Below are positions 58,837-64,000 of a stretch of DNA of 64,000 nt, piece after piece; positions within the stretch are counted from its first letter, which is position 1, and each line of letters opens with the position of its first letter. Source of the DNA: Macrostomum lignano (lineage: Eukaryota); assembly GCA_002269645.1 (NCBI GenBank), contig NIVC01000927.1, forward strand, positions 1 through 64,000. The letters are read 5' to 3'. Position numbers and translations under genes: made by a program. The notes under the pieces are model-generated. The model searched no databases. It was not told where the DNA came from and was given only the letters and a program-made list of their open reading frames with translations.

Positions 58837-60319
58837 CCAAAACCATATACACAATCTACCATTATTGTCTACCTCCAAAACCATATACACAATCTACCAT
58901 TATTGTCTACCTCCAAAACCAAATACACAATCTACCATTATTGTCTACCTCCAAAACCAAATACACAATCTACCATTATTGTCTACCTCCAAAACCATAT
59001 ACACAATCTACCATTATTGTCTACCTCCAAAACCATATACACAATCTACCATTATTGTCTACCTCCAAAACCATATACACAATCTACCATTATTGTCTAC
59101 CTCCAAAACCAAATACACAATCTACCATTATTGTCTACCTCCAAAACCATATACACAATCTACCATTATTGTCTACCTCCAAAACTATATACACAATCTA
59201 CCATTATTGTCTACCTCCAAAACCAAATACACAATCTACCATTATTGTCTACCTCCAAAACTATATACACAATCTACCATTATTGTCTACCTCCAAAACC
59301 AAATACACAATCTACCATTATTGTCTACCTCCAAAACCATATACACAATCTACCATTATTGTCTACCTCCAAAACCATATACACAATCTACCATTATTGT
59401 ATACCTCCAAAACCATATACACAATCTACCATTATTGTCTACCTCCAAAACCATATACACAATCTACCATTAATTGTCTACCTCCAAAACCATATACACA
59501 ATCTACCATTATTGTCTACCTCCAAAACCAAATACACAATCTACCATTATTGTCTACCTCCAAAACCATATACACAATCTACCATTATTGTCTACCTCCA
59601 AAACCATATACACAATCTACCATTAATTGTCTACCTCCAAAACCATATACACAATCTACCGTTATTGTCTACCTCCAAAACCATATACACAATCTACCGT
59701 TATTGTCTACCTCCAAAACCATACACACAATCTACCATTAATTGTCTACCTCCAAAACCATATACACAATCTACCGTTATTGTCTACCTCCAAAACCATA
59801 TACACAATCTACCATTAATTGTCTACCTCCAAAACCATATACACAATCTACCATTATTGTCTACCTCCAAAACCATATACACAATCTACCATTATTGTCT
59901 ACCTCCAAAACCATATACACAATCTACCATTATTGTCTACCTCCAAAACCATATACACAATCTACCATTATTGTCTACCTCCAAAACCAAATACACAATC
60001 TACCATTATTGTCTACCTCCAAAACCAAATACACAATCTACCATTATTGTCTACCTCCAAAACCATATACACAATCTACCATTATTGTCTACCTCCAAAA
60101 CCATATACACAATCTACCATTATTGTCTACCTCCAAAACCATATACACAATCTACCATTATTGTCTACCTCCAAAACCATATACACAATCTACCATTATT
60201 GTCTACCTCCAAAACCATATACACAATCTACCATTATTGTCTACCTCCAAAACCATATACACAATCTACCATTATTGTCTACCTCCAAAACCATATACAC
60301 AATCTACCATTATTTCAGC
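58837..60319 (+). repeat. 38-bp minisatellite, left arm of a large inverted repeat (~39 copies)
   Basis: Unit CCAAAACCATATACACAATCTACCATTATTGTCTACCT. Confidence 0.97.
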
Positions 60320-61016
60320 TTGCTTACATTTTGCCATTATTTCAGGGTGGCAAAAACAATCGCTATATTTATTCTGGGGTGCGGGCCATAGATATATTAG
60401 GAATTGGCAACTTGCAGCAAACGAAATGAAAATCAACAGCTGAAGTCGACATACGCGTGTTCAATTGTCAGCAATCGGAAAGGCATTAAAAGTTGAAGAT
60501 TCAGGCCGCTCAAAACGGCAGTTTGAGAGAACGTTTGAGAGAAAGAGAGCGATCAGGGTGGCTAGGATTACCAAGTGACGCAGTCCTCATCCGTATGCTC
60601 CGTTAGAAAAGACTCTAAGTATTCACCGTGGTGTGGCCACCGATTGTCGCATCGTCAACTGGAAGCTACGGCAAATGGTCCATATCACCAGGAGTTGGTC
60701 AGCCATTCGATCCTGGTGGGCCTTGGCACTCAGTTCCGATATCAGGCTTAACTCACTACTTGTCACACCGTTGAGCGAATTCACCGAAGAATGGCCCCAG
60801 TTAATGAGAGCCATGTTTAATAAGCTGAGGCGTCGGAGGTAAAGCTCTCTCTCTGTATTCCTAGCTAGCGCCTCCATGTTATTTAGGCCCCACCCCACCC
60901 CAGTCCATCAGTTTTGTCTCTGGCACAGCCTTACCAGTGCTTCTAACTTCACTATCCCAACTACCCCTCCACATCTTGCGTTTTCGCCTGTGGCTTAATC
61001 TACGCACATTCACGGT

Positions 61017-62887
61017 GCTGAAACAATGGTAAATTTGCATATGGTTTTGGAGGTAGACAATAATGGTAGATTGTGTATTTGGTTTTGGAGGTAGACAATA
61101 ACGGTAGATTGTGTATATGGTTTTGGAGGTAGACAATAATGGTAGATTGTGTATTTGGTTTTGGAGGTAGACAATAATGGTAGATTGTGTATTTGGTTTT
61201 GGAGGTAGACAATAATGGTAGATTGTGTATATGGTTTTGGAGGTAGACAATAATGGTAGATTGTGTATATGGTTTTGGAGGTAGACAATAATGGTAGATT
61301 GTGTATATGGTTTTGGAGGTAGACAATAATGGTAGATTGTGTATATGGTTTTGGAGGTAGACAATAACGGTAGATTGTGTATATGGTTTTGGAGGTAGAC
61401 AATAATGGTAGATTGTGTATATGGTTTTGGAGGTAGACAATAATGGTAGATTGTGTATATGGTTTTGGAGGTAGACAATAATGGTAGATTGTGTGTATGG
61501 TTTTGGAGGTAGACAATAACGGTAGATTGTGTGTATGGTTTTGGAGGTAGACAATAATGGTAGATTGTGTATATGGTTTTGGAGGTAGACAATAATGGTA
61601 GATTGTGTGTATGGTTTTGGAGGTAGACAATAACGGTAGATTGTGTATATGGTTTTGGAGGTAGACAATAATGGTAGATTGTGTATATGGTTTTGGAGGT
61701 AGACAATAATGGTAGATTGTGTATTTGGTTTTGGAGGTAGACAATAACGGTAGATTGTGTATATGGTTTTGGAGGTAGACAATAATGGTAGATTGTGTAT
61801 ATGGTTTTGGAGGTAGACAATTAATGGTAGATTGTGTATATGGTTTTGGAGGTAGACAATAACGGTAGATTGTGTGTATGGTTTTGGAGGTAGACAATAA
61901 TGGTAGATTGTGTATATGGTTTTGGAGGTAGACAATAATGGTAGATTGTGTATATGGTTTTGGAGGTAGACAATAATGGTAGATTGTGTATATGGTTTTG
62001 GAGGTATACAATAATGGTAGATTGTGTATATGGTTTTGGAGGTAGACAATAATGGTAGATTGTGTATTTGGTTTTGGAGGTAGACAATAATGGTAGATTG
62101 TGTATATGGTTTTGGAGGTAGACAATAATGGTAGATTGTGTATATGGTTTTGGAGGTAGACAATAATGGTAGATTGTGTATATGGTTTTGGAGGTAGACA
62201 ATAATGGTAGATTGTGTATTTGGTTTTGGAGGTAGACAATAATGGTAGATTGTGTATATGGTTTTGGAGGTAGACAATAATGGTAGATTGTGTATATGGT
62301 TTTGGAGGTAGACAATAATGGTAGATTGTGTATTTGGTTTTGGAGGTAGACAATAATGGTAGATTGTGTATATGGTTTTGGAGGTAGACAATAATGGTAG
62401 ATTGTGTATATGGTTTTGGAGGTAGACAATAATGGTAGATTGTGTATTTGGTTTTGGAGGTAGACAATAATGGTAGATTGTGTATATGGTTTTGGAGGTA
62501 TACAATAATGGTAGATTGTGTATATGGTTTTGGAGGTAGACAATAATGGTAGATTGTGTATATGGTTTTGGAGGTAGACAATAATGGTAGATTGTGTATA
62601 TGGTTTTGGAGGTAGACAATAATGGTAGATTGTGTATATGGTTTTGGAGGTAGACAATAATGGTAGATTGTGTATTTGGTTTTGGAGGTAGACAATAATG
62701 GTAGATTGTGTATATGGTTTTGGAGGTATACAATAATGGTAGATTGTGTATATGGTTTTGGAGGTAGACAATAATGGTAGATTGTGTATATGGTTTTGGA
62801 GGTAGACAATAATGGTAGATTGTGTATTTGGTTTTGGAGGTAGACAATAATGGTAGATTGTGTATATGGTTTTGAAGGTAGACAATA
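61017..62887 (-). repeat. Same 38-bp minisatellite in opposite orientation, right arm (~49 copies)
   Basis: Reverse complement of the 58837 unit with the same variant sites (ATATAC/AAATAC/ATACAC, CCATT/CCGTT). Confidence 0.97.
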
Positions 62888-64000
62888 ATGATTAATTTTT
62901 CACGATCGTGATGAAGCCACATAACTATACTTCTACACCTAATGCTGAATTTTAATGAAATAATTATATTATCTATCGCAGTCCTACCTAGGTCGTGAAA
63001 AACTTTAAAAATAATTTTGTAAACACTAATACCGTAATTATCGATAGTGATAAGTCACTAATGCACTTTCATTTTGGTTCTACAACAACTAAGAGCTAAC
63101 TATAATTACAAAACTTTGACTACAGAAAAGAAAAATTAACCAGAGTTCCAGACAGAAATTATTTAATCAAGTCCAACATTTCAATTTAATTAAATAGATT
63201 ATGTAAGCAACAAGTTGTAGATCGAATTTTTATATTTATGTATTTTTTAATAGCTAGAAGCGTTAATAGGTAAGCTAAGCTGACCTTTTTGTTGAGTTCA
63301 ACCGCAGCAGCAGCAGAGACAGCCAGAAGAAGAAAGCAAATAATTGCTTTAACAAGCACAACCGATTAGAAAATTCTGAAAACCCGAAAGCAAGCTTGAA
63401 CAAGGCTCTGACGAACTAAGCTATTTAAGATAAAACACGAGACAAAATATACATAGCGGAGATAAACAAACAATAAACAATAAAACTAAAGTTCTATTAG
63501 AAGATTCATCACAAAATGTACCGGTGCCTTACATTTCATACCTAAAGCCTTTTTAGGTTCAATCCAACAGTACAAAAGTACCAAATTAGCAATAAAAAGT
63601 ACACAGTGTACTCAATTGACCAGATTGGAAATTAAAATGTCTCAAATAATTATTATTAAATCGTATTTCGCAGCACTAATTCAAATTTGTGACTCTAAGA
63701 GTTTGAACATTGAATAATTGAGGATTAATGCGAGAGAAGTTAAAACATTTTAAAAAACAAGCCATTTAAGTGCGCGTTTAAAAAGGCGCGATTCCTCGAT
63801 ATCAGCAAAACTATAACAAAATTAGATCGATATTGATTGAAATATTTCTACTGATTAAATCGTATACTCGTGTATTTATAAAAGACGGTTTAAACACAAT
63901 TTGTGAGAGTTGAAAACGTATGACAATGCAGTTCACCTGTCACTCAAGTGCGGGAATGTGATCAAGTTAATTATTCATAACCGTAACTTAGCTTAGGATA

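Noticed and set aside
58381-60898. Minus-strand ORFs 58381-58632 and 60623-60898 as exons of a gene spanning the inverted arrays
   Set aside because: No recognisable family, codon usage unlike the confirmed genes, and no convincing splice pair.
58783-62922. ORFs of 200-640 aa on both strands
   Set aside because: They come from the 38-bp unit, which is stop-free on one strand; period 38 cycles through all frames.

Overview
Eukaryotic (metazoan) genomic DNA, not prokaryotic. It has GC3-rich spliced genes separated by AT-rich DNA, and most long introns are filled with tandem repeats. This style suggests a free-living flatworm such as Macrostomum (inference only). Supported genes: PSMD1/Rpn2 (first exon not found), cytosolic HSP90 with four heat-shock elements, a full-length U2 snRNA with substitutions in its branch-point recognition sequence and Sm site, an unidentified small two-exon gene convergent on U2, a very divergent Cys-loop ligand-gated channel, an orphan coiled-coil gene, NAA30, a PARL-like rhomboid, a NIPAL-like Mg transporter and an annexin. 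Repeats include a 140-bp satellite, about 16 minisatellite arrays (one pair forming a ~4-kb inverted, foldback-like structure), four tRNA/CORE-like SINE copies, several MITEs and a 5'-truncated RTE-type LINE with a target-site duplication. Almost all long ORFs in the ORF track are artefacts of stop-free repeat units. Exon coordinates were derived by hand from splice signals, phase and family consensus recalled from memory; no database search was run.
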